Below, in pieces: positions 1 through 13,027 of a stretch of 64,000 nucleotides of DNA. Every line of letters starts with the position of its first letter. Positions within the stretch are counted from its first letter, which is position 1. The notes beneath the pieces were generated by a model. It saw only the letters and a program-made list of their open reading frames with translations. It searched no databases and was not told the DNA's origin. The position numbers were made by a program, and so were the translations under genes. The DNA is from Octopus sinensis (lineage: Eukaryota): NCBI RefSeq assembly GCF_006345805.1, contig NC_043004.1, positions 76,880,001 to 76,944,000 on the forward strand, given 5' to 3'.

Positions 1-216
1 ACTCTGCCAGATCAGATTGGAGTCTAGTTTGCCAGACCTCAGTCAAATCGTCCAACCTATGCTAGCATGGAAAGCGGACATTAAATGATGATGATGATAT
101 ATATATATATATGCTATTGAGGTTCTCATTTTGTTTAATGAATAAATAATCCAACATTATAATATCCGAAAGTTGATGAACAAACTAAATTTGTTTCTCC
201 ATTTTCTTATTTGTAT

Positions 217-260
<44 letters not shown>

Positions 261-338
261 CTATATTATATATTATATGTTCTACCCATACATGCATGGA
301 AGATGGATGTAAAACTGTGATGAAGATGATGATATATA

Positions 339-720
339 CTTTTATTCTTTTACTTGTTTCAGTCATTTATTTGACTGTGGCCATGCTGGAGCACCACCTT
401 TAGTTGAACAAATCGACCCCAGGACTTATTCTTTGTAAGCCTAGTACTTATTCTATCAGTCTCTTTTGCTGACCTGCTAAGCTGCAGGGACATAAGCAAA
501 CATTGGTTGTCAAGCGATGGAGGGGATACAAACACAGACACACACACAAATACACACTCACACACATATATACAATGGGCTTCTTTCAGTTTCCATCTAG
601 CAAATCCACTGACAAGGATTTGGTCAGCCCAAGGCTATAGTAGAAGACACTTGCTCAAGATGCCACGCAGTGGGACTGAACCCAGAACAATGTGGTTGGG
701 AAGCAAGCTTCTTACCATAT
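339..720 (-). mobile_element. tRNA-derived SINE, family A
   Basis: Reverse complement of the clean copy at 62990-63391 (head GGTTCAGTCCCACTGCGTGGC, internal TA/TG tract, tail GAAACAAGTAAAAG). Confidence 0.85.
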
Positions 721-1358
721 ACGTATCTATAATACATTAAAAGTCAGTTTGAATCTTGCTTGCTTGCAATGTTACCCAGCCAAACAGGCACATAATGGGA
801 AAATACTATGAATTAAGTTTACCCTGAAATGTTAATATGAATGGAATAAAAAAAGTTTCGTGTAAATCAGACAAGTGGTTTTTAAGTTATTAGAGACTTT
901 CATGGTATAAATGCCCAAAATGGTGCATAATGGGAAAATATTCTGAAAATAATCTTAATCCTGAAAGAGAAGAAACACTTACCTTTTGATTAGACACAGT
1001 GACTTGACAACGATAAAATACAATTTGTTTTTTTACAGTAAATGTTTCTATTTTTGATTTTTGTTAAACAATATTTTAACCATCTAGAAATATTTTTAAG
1101 TGAATGTGAATTCAAAAATGTAAGTTGTTTGTACAGTAAATATTTATATTTTAGCTTTCTTTAAACAGACAATATTTTAATGTTTTTTTTAAATATTTTC
1201 AAGTGAATACCATTACAATAATTTGTATTGGCATATTTAAAAAATATTTAAAAGTGAAAATGACTTTAAAAATACAGTAAATATCAGAAACCAAGCCAAA
1301 TCAGACTGGAGCTTGGTGCAGCTCACCAGCTTACCAATTCCAGTCAAATGGTCTAACC

Positions 1359-1614
1359 CAGTGGTTCCCAAACATTTTTGGGCTGCTGCCTCCTTAACAC
1401 CCAGGCCACATTCCTTGTTTCCCCACCCCAACTAACCATCACAAACATACACCTCTTTCTGAAGCAAATCCAAAGCAACTGTATTTTACAAATAAAACTT
1501 AACTTAATAAACCCTTTATTTTGTTGTTTTTACATGAATCGCTCCCTCATTATCACCCCACTTTTCTTCCTACTGTCCCAAGCAAGGCAATACCGCCCAC
1601 TTTGAGAACCACTG
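1359..1614. mobile_element. hAT-type MITE inserted into an RTE 3' tail
   Basis: TIRs CAGTGGTTCCCAAA / TTTGAGAACCACTG; 8-bp TSD GTCTAACC at 1351-1358 and 1615-1622. Confidence 0.9.
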
Positions 1615-1699
1615 GTCTAACCCATGCGAGTATGGAAAACTGATGCTAAATGATGATGATGATGATATATGTGTGCATGTGCTTGTGTGTGTATGTGTG

Positions 1700-1895
1700 T
1701 GTGTGTGTGTGTATGCTGGTGGCACATAAAAAGCACCCATTACACTCTCGGAGTGGTTGGCATTAGGAAGGGCATCCAGCTGTAGAAATGTTGCCAAATC
1801 AGATTGGGGCCTGGTGCAGCCTCCTGATTTGGCAGTCCTCAGTCAAACAGTCCATGCCAGCATGGAAAGCAGATGTTAAATGATGATGAGGATGA
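1700..1895 (+). mobile_element. RTE LINE 3' end, 5'-truncated
   Basis: GGCACATAAAAAGCACCC...GGAAGGGCATCCAGCTGTAG...GTTAAATGATGATG matches the 3' UTR of the RTE at 28056-31392. Confidence 0.85.
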
Positions 1896-1905
1896 TATGT
1901 GTATA

Positions 1906-1943
<38 letters not shown>

Positions 1944-2749
1944 ATATACATACTTAATATTAATGATATTCAGGATGCACTTCTTTTCAAAAAGGAAAGA
2001 ATCTCAAAAAAATCAGCCTGTGAAGTTGGTCCTTCCATAAGCTGACTGTGTTTCTGACACTTTTTCCTGAATATGTGCCAACAAAATTGGGCTGTTTCTT
2101 TTATGCCATCAAATACGACATCTATATCTTCTTGTGTAGATATACTTCTTCCACACGTCTCTCATGTTATTATGTCTTATCTTCCAGGCTCTGTTTTAAA
2201 CAATGTACCTAATACTATCTGCCCAGGGCAGCCATTCTGGAATGTCCTACTTGTTAATGCCCCCCCCCCCACCTATTTACATCAACTTGCAGGTGTTCAA
2301 GCTGAGAAGTAAAATCAACAATATTGATCTCTCCAGTCTCAGCTTGTGAAGGCCACTGACACTGCCCCTTCCCCACCTAACCCTTAGTATGTGTGTATAT
2401 TTGTCTGTGTGTACGTATGTATGTATATATGTATGTTTGTATATATGTATGCTTGCAATGTTTGCAGTCATGTATGCTTGTCAAGAGCAGGGCTCATTAG
2501 CTACCAACGGAGCCACAAATGCAAAATATAAGTTAGTCCTAGAGCACACAATGTTTCTGGAGGTCAGCAATGGTCTTCCTTGGTGATGAGTGTATGGCCA
2601 TCATATATGTATGTATGTATGTAGGTATGTTTGTAGGATGTATGTTTGAATGTATGTGTGTGTGTATGTATGTACATATACACATATGTGTCATTAAAAA
2701 TCCAAGGGTAAAAGCACTCATTACTTAATAGAGAGTATATTATTATTAA

Positions 2750-2788
<39 letters not shown>

Positions 2789-2914
2789 GATTATTATTAA
2801 ATTGCCCTTCATCCTTTCAGGGTCAATAAATTAAGTACCAATGAAACATTGGGGTTCTTGAAATCAACTTATGCCCTCCCCAACAATTGCTGCTCTTGTG
2901 GCAAAATTTGAAAC

Positions 2915-2945
<31 letters not shown>

Positions 2946-2948
<3 letters not shown>

Positions 2949-3402
2949 TAGTTTTATTTTTATAATATGCTTTCATTGCACTACCGAGCGCAGCTCTGTG
3001 TGCCTTGGGTATGTGCTGTGGTTTGTTGTAATGCTCTTATTTTTACTGTATTGAAAGTGTTTTACGTAGGATATGTTCGGTGCCTAGTGGTGCTATTTTC
3101 TGTATGTTATATATATTTGTTAGTCCTGGTGTTTTTGTTATGTATTTGAATATTTTATTTTATCATACCTAATGCATCTATTATGATAGGAATTGTTTCT
3201 GTTTTTAGACTCTACATTCGAGTTACCTCTATTTCCAGGTCTTTGTATTTTGAAAGTTTCTCCATTTCTTTTAGAGAAACACTGTCATCTGTTGGTATTG
3301 ATACATCAATTAGAAAGCATTTTTTTTCTTCTTCATAATCTCTGAAAACTATATCTGGCCAATTTGCCTTAATTTCTCTATCTGCGTGTATTGGCATATT
3401 TC
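2946..3402 (-). mobile_element. R4/Dong-like non-LTR retrotransposon, 3' fragment with restriction-like endonuclease
   Basis: Minus-strand translation ANWPDIVFRD..CFLIDVSIPTDDSVSLKEMEKLSKYKDLEIEVTRM..IPIIIDALGMIK..IQKIAPLGTEHILRKTLSIQ*; (TAA)n-type tracts on both sides. Confidence 0.8.
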
Positions 3403-3423
3403 TATTATTATTATCATTATCAT

Positions 3424-3477
<54 letters not shown>

Positions 3478-3624
3478 TAGTAGTAGTAAGGTGACACATA
3501 AATGAGAGAAATTGGTTGATATAAACTGCATGAAAGGCCGTTATATGTATGTGTATGTCTTAGCATGACACCAAATGACCAGAGCAAAACAGTGACATAT
3601 GTTTTCGTTCCCTATATAAAAATA

Positions 3625-3994
3625 CTAGCAGTATCGCCCGGCGTTGCTCGGGTTTGTAAGGGAAATAACTATAAAGCATTTTTAGAGAGTTATAGCCAAA
3701 AAATGGAATAAAAATGATGGTAAATTTTTTTTTTAGTTAAAAAGGTCGAGGTGCGTCCCCTAGACAGTCTGTGGTTTGTGTTTCTGATTCTCGACCCCAT
3801 GTCGAATTTATCGATTTTTTTCAGAACTGGGGGAACTTTTCAAAATTTTCGCTGCGTTAGTTTTGAATTATGACATTGGGCTATGTGTGTGTCAAGTTTC
3901 ATCAGAATCGGTTGAAAGCCGTGGTCAGGGTGAGGGTACAACCAGACAGACACACAGAAACACACACAGACAAACTGCCGTTTATATATAGAGA
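3625..3994 (-). mobile_element. Non-autonomous Helitron
   Basis: On the minus strand: 5' TC, 3' CTAG, subterminal hairpin CCCG...CGGG, inserted between A and T, no TSD. Confidence 0.85.
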
Positions 3995-4419
3995 TATCTC
4001 GTTGCTCTGCTGGTGAAAACCAATGTAATAGAATGGTTGCCAAGAGAAAACTCCCAGCTATAAAAATCCTGCCTCAATTTCCACCCATTTAAGCCATACA
4101 AACTTGGGAAAATGGTCAATAATTTGTGTATGTATATTTCTTTGTCAAAAATTGCATCATCTTGAAGGCAGAGAAGCATATTGCCATTTTTATTGAGCAT
4201 TTCACTGCAAGTATCTCAAAATACAGTAAAATCTCAGAATTCATCATACAGCCAGGCAAAACATATTTCCAATATGTCTTGGGATTTGCAATTTCTTTGG
4301 TTTTGGATGATTAGAGCTTGTCTCACTGAATTCATGTCAAGACACTTTTGCTTTTGATCAAGTGTTGAGCTGGGATGGTGCCCTAGGAAGAATGCATGGA
4401 GGACATGGTCTTTCAGTTT

Positions 4420-4505
4420 TTCTAAGCCCTATAAAAAACTCAGAAGGTTGGGCCTCCAACCAGTCTTTCACAATATCCTTAAAGCCAGGAACTTTTCAGC
4501 ACCGA
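4420..4505 (-). mobile_element. mariner-derived MITE fragment
   Basis: Reverse complement matches 13027-13245 (GCTGAAAAGTTCCTGGCTTTAAGG...GGAGGCCCAACCTTCTGAG). Confidence 0.65.
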
Positions 4506-4511
4506 TGTGTG

Positions 4512-4557
<46 letters not shown>

Positions 4558-4650
4558 CACACACATACATATATATGTCTACACACATATATACATATAT
4601 ATGCATATATATATATATATATATATATATTATTTATATATATATATATA

Positions 4651-5559
4651 TGAGGATATGCGTAAGCTCGCAAGAAATGAAGCCAGTATGCTCCGATGGA
4701 TGTGTAATGTCAGTACTCATACTCGGCAGAGTGTAAGTACCTTGAGAGAAAAGCTGGACCTAAGAAGCATCAGTTGTGGTGTGCAAGAGAGACGTTTGCG
4801 CTGGTATGGGCATGTGGCGAGAATGGATGAAGATAGTTGTGTGAAAAAGTGCCACACCCTAGCGGTTGAGGGAACCTGTGGAAGAGGTAGACCCAGGAAA
4901 ACCTGGGACAAGGTGGTGAAGCACGACCTTCGAACTTTAGGTCTCACTGAGGAAATGACTAGAACCGAGACCTCTGGAAGTGTGCTGTGCGCGAGAAGAC
5001 CCGGCAGGACAAGTGAGACCATAACCCGTGGCCTTCTACATGGGATGGAGCCAGCCTACATATGCATACCTTCCCTTCTTGGGACACAAAACTCTACTTG
5101 TGAAGACCTGTTGAAGCAAGTGAGGATCAGAATTGAAATAGATCAATGGAAATTGCAGATGTGTTACCAGTGCCGGTGGCATGTAAGAGAACCATCCGTT
5201 CGTGACCGTTGCCAGCGCCGCCCCGACTGGCCTCATGCCAGTGGCACGTAAAAAGCACCATCCGTTTGTGTCCATTGCCAGCCTCGCCTGGCCCCCGTGC
5301 CGGTGGCACATAAAAAGCACCATCCGTTCGTGGCCGTTTGCCAGCTCTGTCTGGCACCTGTGCGGGTGGAACGTAAAAAGCACCCACTACACTCACGGAA
5401 TGGTTGGCATTAGGAAGGGCATCCAGCCGTAGAAACACTGCCAGATCTGACTAGGCCTGATGAAGCCTTCCGGCTTCACAGACCCCAGTTGAACCGTCCA
5501 ACCCATGCTAGCATGGAAAACGGACGCTAAACGATGATGATGATGATGATGATGATGAT
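4651..5559 (+). mobile_element. RTE LINE, 5'-truncated (ORF C-terminus plus 3' UTR)
   Basis: [18 protein letters not shown]...[11 protein letters not shown]...GRGRPRKTW nearly matches 30500-30860; (GAT)n tail. Confidence 0.92.
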
Positions 5560-5561
5560 AT

Positions 5562-5614
<53 letters not shown>

Positions 5615-5706
5615 CTTGGAGATGATCATATTTTGCCAGTTCAGCTTTATTATTCTTCATATTTTAGTGTCTTTGCCTAAGCTCTTTCATCACAAATCCT
5701 GTAACC

Positions 5707-5909
5707 CAGTGCTTTTCAAACATTTTGCTGGAGCAGAACCCCAAGGAAACATTCCACTGGCTCGAGGAACCCCTGTGCAATAATTTAATAGTCTTATGCA
5801 CACATATCTGCACAGGAGACTTAAAAATTACTGCCGATTTTAGCAGTTTTGTAACTTCTTGCTGAACCCCTGCACTGTACTGGCGGAACCCTAAGGTTGA
5901 AAACCACTG
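5707..5909. mobile_element. hAT-type MITE
   Basis: TIRs CAGTGCTTTTCAA / TTGAAAACCACTG; 8-bp TSD CTGTAACC at 5699-5706 and 5910-5917. Confidence 0.88.
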
Positions 5910-5964
5910 CTGTAACCTTATCAGTGACTATTCCATATGTCTCTTGTTCTACTTACTCCATTTT

Positions 5965-6445
5965 GTCTATAAATATCATCATCATCATGCTGGCATGGAT
6001 TGGATAGTTTGACTGGGCTGGTACACTGGAAGGCTGTACCAGGATCCAGTTTCATTTGGCATAGTTTTCTACGGCTGGACGCCCTTCCTAATGCCAACCA
6101 CTCTGGGAGTGCAATGAGTGCTTTTACATGCCACCAGTACAGGTGCCATTTGCATGACACCGGTATCTGCCATGACTGCTATTTTGCTCAGCTTGATGGG
6201 CCTTCTTCTCAAGCACAACGTAATGCCAAAGGTCTTGGTCATTGTCTCCGTGAGGTCCAACACTCGAAAAAAACTCAGCCACCTTACTTCTGTGAGTCCC
6301 AGCACGCAAAAGGAAGTCAGCCACTTTGCCTCTGTGTGGCCCAGGAGCTCACCCATTTTGCCTCCATGAGGCCCAATGCTTGAAAGGAACTCAGTTACTT
6401 TACCTCCGTCAGGCCCAACACTTGTGAGGCCCGATGTTCAAAGGT
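5965..6445 (-). mobile_element. RTE-related 3' UTR with about five degenerate 42-43 bp tandem units
   Basis: CATCATCAT tail followed by GGACGCCCTTCCTAATGCCAACC; repeated unit CCACTTTACCTCCGTGAGGCCCAACACTCGAAAGGAACTCAG at 6245-6445. Confidence 0.7.
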
Positions 6446-6454
6446 TGATATATA

Positions 6455-6620
6455 TATCATCATCATCATCATCATCGTCGTTTAACGTCCGTTCTCCATG
6501 CTAGCATGGGTTGGACGGTTCGACCGGGGTTCTGGGAAGCCAGAAGGCTGCACCAGGCTCCAGTCTAATTTGGCAATGTTTCTACAGCTGGATGCCCTTC
6601 CTAACGCCAACCACTCCATA
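6455..6620 (-). mobile_element. RTE LINE 3' end fragment
   Basis: Reverse complement of the RTE tail. Confidence 0.85.
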
Positions 6621-6858
6621 TATATATATATATATATATATACAAAATAAGAAAATGGAGAAATACATCTAAATCAAATATCGATTACCAGATAATACCC
6701 AATCACATACTTTACTAAACCACCACATAAGAAACTTTAAGGACAAACATAATAAAGTAGAACAAAATGGTGTACATAAAGGAGTAATGTTATACAATAA
6801 GTACAATATGTATAAGAGAATATAAAAATAAGTAAATATAAGTATAAATATAGACTAT

Positions 6859-6948
6859 ATCTTACAGCTGTTTCAGCCATGCAGATAAGTATGTCTCGTA
6901 GTTATAAATGAGACATTTACAAAAATATCCTAAGGCCTCTTCGGAGAT
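6859..6948 (-). ncRNA. Type I hammerhead-like motif (Penelope-type) with long loop II
   Basis: ATCT-CCGAAGA-GGCC-(loop)-GGCT-GAAAC-AGCT-GTA-AGAT: stems I and II pair, palindromic stem III ACAGCTGT, core has U4C. Confidence 0.6.
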
Positions 6949-8009
6949 TATGTGATACAAATCAGATTACATACACATTTATATAGGTGTGGGTACATAC
7001 CCATAATAAAACATATACATATACATATGAGTGCATATACTCACACTCCTATACATATAAATATACATATACATAATGATATAAATAATATAAATAATAT
7101 AGATCAATAAACATACATATGTTCCACATTCAATGTTACAGTTTTTCAACTTAATATTGTGATAATTACAATGTAGAAAAACATACACATATTAATACCC
7201 AAATGCAGATATACAGAGTCAAGAGTACATTATATTAATTCTTAACAATTTCCAAAATGTCATTAATGTTAGCATCATTATCATTGTCATTATCACTAAT
7301 GCTACCAATATCATCATTCGTATTATTATTAATAACGCTAATACTAGAAAAACAATATATAGATTCCATTATTAGCAATATAGTTACAATAGTACTACAA
7401 TACCATGCAAAGTGTTAAATATCTGCATATACATACGAAATATGAAACAAAAGCATTCTATTTACACGACATTAAGATCCACTGGTGCACAGATGTATTT
7501 CCGAGTTCAAATTTATAATTTCCAATGTGACAGAAATACACTATTACTTTCAGAAATAGATACGAATCTAGCGCTAAACTATGATTGGCTTATGGATTTG
7601 AATTTAAATTTCCATTGTCTTCCTTATGGTTGGTTTGTTGGGAAAAAAAACCCCAAAAAAACTATACCAACATTTATACACACACATACACACGTACATC
7701 CGCACATATACATAAACATATACACTCACACATTTAAATATGCATTTGCGTACTCACACATATAAGAAAAACATATACATATATATCCAACCATGAATAT
7801 ACATATCCATACAAAAACATACATACACATATATATACATATGAATACATTTCAACATATCTACATATATTTACTAAGTTACAATATATATGTCTGTCAT
7901 CAAATGGCATATAGATAAACCAGCACAGGCAGGGACAGCTAAACATTCGCACACACACACACTTAAATATACATCTGCGCACCCATACGCACATATGTAT
8001 ATATAAATA

Positions 8010-8040
<31 letters not shown>

Positions 8041-8199
8041 GTATTTATATATATTTATATATATACATACATACATATATATATGTATTCATATATATAT
8101 AAATATCGCATCATGTATATATATATATATATGGCAAGCCAAGTGAGATCATAGTCGTGGCTGATGCCAGTGTCGCATAACTAGCCTGTTTAAAAGTAC

Positions 8200-8492
8200 C
8201 CCTTCGCTTCAGTTATCAGTCAGGCAATATGCTGTACTTGAGAAGACCTGTTGAACCAACTGGAATCATAGTCATGACTGAAGCCAGTGCCACATGATGC
8301 AGTGACACATAAAAAGCTCCCTCTACACTCTCAGAGTAGTTGGTGTTAGGAAGGGCATCGAGCTGTAGAAACCTTGCCAGATCAGATTGGAGCCTGGTGA
8401 AGCCTCTCGGCTTGCTAATCCTCAGACAAACCGTCCAACCCATGCCAGCATGGAAATCAGACGTTAAACAATAACAATGATGATGATGATAT
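8200..8492 (+). mobile_element. RTE LINE 3' end, diverged
   Basis: Same tail motifs, ending GTTAAAC...GATGATGAT. Confidence 0.75.
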
Positions 8493-8518
8493 ATATATAT
8501 ATGCAAATACACACACAT

Positions 8519-8555
<37 letters not shown>

Positions 8556-8852
8556 AACACACACGTATTTATATATACATATGTATATATATATGTGTGT
8601 GTGTGTGTACATATATATGTGTGTGCATGTGTGTCTAATCATTTGTTTGTTTTACATCTGTTTTTCCATGCTAGCAAGGGTTATATATTATTATGGCATT
8701 CTTTTACCCTCGGACATCACTAATCCTTACTCGCTTTTTGAGTAACGGCTGTCTTATTCCACTCTTCTTTGACGGTGCAAAAGTAGCAGATGGTTTGTTG
8801 AGAGAGGAAATGACCCCAGCAACGCTGCTCGTAGTTCTGGGATCTTCGGAAA

Positions 8853-9203
8853 TGTAACGACGATGAGGGTTCCGGTTGATCCGAATCAACGGAACAGCCT
8901 GCTTGTGAAATTAACGTGTAAGTGGCTGAGCACTCCACAGACACGTGCACCCTTAACGTAGTTCTCGGGGATATTCAGCATGACACAGAGAGTGACAAGG
9001 CCGGCCGGCCCCTTGAAATACAGGTACAACAGAAACAGGAAGTAAGAGTGAGAGAAGTTGTGGTGAAAGAGTACAGCAGGGATCACCACCATCCCCTGCC
9101 GGAGCCTCGTGGAGCTTTTAGGTGTTTTCGCCCGGTCTGGGAATCGAAACCGCGATCCTATGACCGCGAGTCCGCTGCCCTAACCACTTGGCCATTGCGC
9201 CTC
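8853..9203 (-). mobile_element. tRNA-Arg-derived SINE, family D (OR-like), tail type 1
   Basis: Head GAGGCGCAATGGCCAAGTGGTTAGGGCAGCGGACTCGCGGTC...GGTTTCGATTCCC (A and B boxes); tail GAGAACTACGTTAAGGGTGCAC. Confidence 0.85.
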
Positions 9204-9654
9204 CACAATAAATAAAAACAATATTCACGTCACAACTCAATACTAAAACAAATGCGAAGATAACCATAATATACACCACACGCAATCGAAATTGAACAGC
9301 CCACGACTGTGTAAAATTAATAATTAAAATTAAAATTCTGGTGGTAAAATCAGGCCTGCTTAGAAACTTCACTCCATCCTGAAGATGGGATATGAAGGTC
9401 AAAAGAAATACTGATGATGGATGATGGAACGTTGCTGTCCCAAACAACTGCAAGAAAATCATGAAAATATGAAAAAAATATTAAGTCAGTGATACTGGAA
9501 TGCAACAGTGTCATATATATGTGTACGGTGTATAAATTATATAGACATACATAAACAGATGCGTATACATACATAGATGGTTCTTCGTCGGTTACGACGG
9601 CGAGGATTCCATTTGACCCAATCAATAGAATAGCCTGCTCGTGAAATTAACGCA

Positions 9655-10262
9655 TACCCTTATTTATACATACATACATACATACACACATACGTACGTA
9701 AGTACACACGCTTACATGCATCAAACCTACATACACATGCCTACATACATACATGCATGCATACATACATACGTACACACGCTTACATGCATGCATACAT
9801 ACCTACATACACATGCCTACATACATACAGATGCCCACATGTATGCATGCATACATACATACGTACATACATACATGCATGCATGCATGCATACATGCAT
9901 GCATGCATGCATACATACATACAGATGCCTACATGTATGCATGCATGCATACATACATACATACACGCATGCATACATACATACATACATACATACATAC
10001 ATACATACATACATACATACATACAGATGCCTACATGTATGCATGCATGCATAGATACATACGTACACACATACACGCATGCATACATACATACATACAT
10101 ACACGCCTACATGTATGCATGCATGCATGCATACATACATACATACACACGCACGCACGCACGCACGCACACACGCACACACACACACACACACATACAC
10201 ACATACATACATACATACATACATACATACATACATACATACATACATACATACATACATAC
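9655..10262. repeat. Compound (CATA)n/(CATG)n/(CA)n microsatellite
   Basis: Direct inspection; explains the stacked H/T/Y/M ORFs. Confidence 0.95.
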
Positions 10263-10501
10263 ACGCGCGCGAACGTACATGTTAAGTCAAAAAATGCGCA
10301 GTGGGTGCGCTTAGTGTGTGCTTTGCAAACAATCCTGGTAAACACGTTATTTCTTTACTCGCGAATCGAATTAGTAAACCGTTAAACTATAGAGTGGATA
10401 TTGAGAGTTAAAAGTGTCAACCATCTTGATCAATAAATGTCGTCATTATTGAAATTTCTAGTCTTTTTCCTGCCTTGATAGTATTCCTATTTCGAGGTCA
10501 G

Positions 10502-10930
10502 GGCGATCTTTCGTCTCTAGTAGACCTTTCCGTCGATTTCCGTAAAAAATTTTTTTTTTTTTACATATGGGCTTGCGGGAACTTTTGAAGTAATGAGAGC
10601 GAAAGAGACTAAGAGAAAGCGATTGTATGACGAGGGAAGTTCTTGTGAAGTTACTGTGCATAGACTCTCTCTGTCTCTTCACACACACTAACAGAAGCAC
10701 TTCACTTACACAACATACTTTGTGTCTCCCACACCCCATCAAAAAAAAAACACACACACACATGTACATCAATGCTTCGGTAACTTCAAAAGAACTTCCC
10801 TCGTCATACAATCGCTTTCTCTTAGTCTCTTTCGCTCTCATTACTTCAAAAGTTCCCGCAAGCCCATATGTAAAAAAAAATTTTTTTTACAGAAATCGAC
10901 GGAAAGGTCTACTAGAGACGAAAGATCGCC
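10502..10930. mobile_element. Mutator-like (MULE) MITE with about 150-bp TIRs
   Basis: TIRs 10502-10654 and 10780-10930 are near-perfect inverted copies starting GGCGATC; 9-bp TSD CGAGGTCAG at 10493-10501 and 10931-10939. Confidence 0.88.
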
Positions 10931-11026
10931 CGAGGTCAGCCCTGATTTAGCAAAAACTGATCAAAAGTATTTCAATCTCGCTATTCATTTTTATCGCTAA
11001 TGTCCAGGACAACATTATCTTATGTG

Positions 11027-11068
<42 letters not shown>

Positions 11069-11564
11069 CCCTGACGATTGTGTGATGAGGGCGATTTGGA
11101 TGCTGTTATTTCTAGCATGTTGATCCACGGCGCAGAGGCTCCTCGTTGTCGATGGTGCGTTATTTCGGCGAGCTTAGCACGCCGGTCAAAATATTTAGCG
11201 GCATTTATTCCGATGTTACGTTCTAAGTTCAAATTATGCCGATGTCGACCTTGCCTTTTTTCCTTTCGAGGTCGATAAAATAAGTATCAGTCAAGCGTAT
11301 AATTGACTACTCGCTTCCCAAACCTCGCCAAATATTTCGGGTCTTGTGCCTATAGAATTGTTTATAATAATTCGTTCGTTTATTGGCCACAAGGGCTGAC
11401 AAAAATCAATTAAAACATAAAGGGACAAAACACAGGACGAAAGTTACAAAGGGTTTTGTCCGTTTGAAAAAAGTCCGTGAACAACGAAATATAAGTAACA
11501 ATTAAAACTCCCAATAGGGGGAGGCGCTTTAATAACAAGACTTACTAATCTATTTTCACCCATC

Positions 11565-11790
11565 TTTGACTTAAAGAAGACCACACGGGTGTATATGATA
11601 GAGGTTTTTAAAATCACCTCGAATGGAATATATGACAAAGGCTTGTAAAGATTTGTTTGTAAATCAGAGGAAAATGAGAAGAGGTAACAAGTGCGACTGA
11701 ATGTTGGAAAATATTCGTTTTGTAAGAGAGTGGTGAATATTTAGAACATCCCGCTGAAGAGTGAGGTAAACTTCAAAATCAATGACGGTG
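11565..11790 (+). mobile_element. Old CR1/L2-like LINE C-terminal remnant
   Basis: Degenerate translation IEVFKI...RLNVGKYSFCKRVVNI resembles the CR1 RT C-terminus. Confidence 0.5.
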
Positions 11791-12099
11791 CTTGAAAGAA
11801 GACCGAACTGTGCTTGAAACAACACAGGACAGAGATTCAGTCTGAAAGTTAAAATATATAATTGCCGTGACCACAACTAAATAAGATCGATTTAGGAAAA
11901 ATTAATGCCACATGTCGGAAGCAGCCTTACTAGCAGAAGCTGTCTGCGAGTTCTTATGCAACTATCGCTATCGTTGTAGTAACCATGGCAACTGGAAGTT
12001 AGCAGTGTGAAAATCTATAAGGTGCTTCTTCTGCATTGAAACTGGCCAGTTTATTATTAATGTGTTTTTTAAACAGATAATATCGCAGAATTACTAGAG

Positions 12100-12625
12100 T
12101 AGCGGATTCGATGTCATGTGGGATTTAGTTACGTCTCTTGACATTTTGAGTTCAAATCCCGTCGCAATCAATTTTGCCATTCATTCCCACTGAGATCGAT
12201 ACAATCCCATTACCCCAAATTTCTGCCCTTATGTCTCTGTAAGAAATCATTAGAACGGCGGTATGTGTTACGGCTCTTTACGGTTTGAGTTCAAATCCTA
12301 CCCAAGTCAGCTTTGCCTTTCGTCGTCCCACCAGGGCCAACGAAATAAATCTGATGTAATCGACTGACCCTTCCCTCAAAATGAGAAACAATTATTCTCC
12401 GAAGAAGGGTTTCGAAATGGCAGATGCGTTTCCACATCGTTCAAAGGCTTTGCGGCATTTCTTCCGGTTCCGTGCGCTGAGTTCAAATACGACCGAGGTC
12501 AACTTTCGTCCTTGCAGAATAAATAAAATTAAGTACCAATCAAGTACAGGGGTCAATGTCATGGACTAACTACTCCTCACCCTTAAAATTGCCGGCCTCG
12601 TGCCAAAATTTCAAAAAATTATTCT
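12100..12625 (+). mobile_element. Three old tandem family-B-like SINE remnants
   Basis: Recurrent TGAGTTCAAAT(C/A)C...GTC(A/G)ACTTT motif near 12145, 12285 and 12478. Confidence 0.55.
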
Positions 12626-12924
12626 CCGAATCTTCTAGTTGGCACCCGTTAATATATTTTATGCTACTTACATATTATGTCTATCAAGTTTTCTATTTTA
12701 AACTTCTACCATCACGTTTATTTGCATTTGTGTTGTTTAACTTTGGGTAAACCTTAACCGAGTTTTTCCATAATCAAACTCGTTCCAACGTGACCACCCA
12801 GTCTGTTTCGGGGTGGGCAGAAGGGGTCATTTATTTAATGTCTTATTTCCCAATTTAAAACTGAAAATCACCCTCGATCAAACACGTCGTCAAAGACATA
12901 CATGCCATGTCATTCCTGCACACA

Positions 12925-12944
12925 TACATACATACATACATTAC

Positions 12945-12975
<31 letters not shown>

Positions 12976-12990
12976 CATACATACATACAT

Positions 12991-13026
<36 letters not shown>
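12925..13026. repeat. (CATA)n/(CA)n microsatellite
   Basis: Direct inspection. Confidence 0.95.

Positions 13027-13027
<1 letters not shown>

Noticed and set aside
961-983. Minus-strand donor and acceptor pair
   Set aside because: Only 22 nt apart and no open frame downstream.
1985-2260. Possible ancient RT remnant on the minus strand
   Set aside because: Only isolated short motifs (IDVVF, QSAY) in different frames.
5457-5490. CTGATGA-AGCC...GGCT as a hammerhead
   Set aside because: No GAAA after the stem; other RTE copies read CTGGTGCAGCC, so it is a chance mutation.
9641-10385. Stacked ORFs of up to 210 aa on both strands
   Set aside because: Translations of (CATA)n/(CATG)n microsatellite, which lacks stops in several frames.
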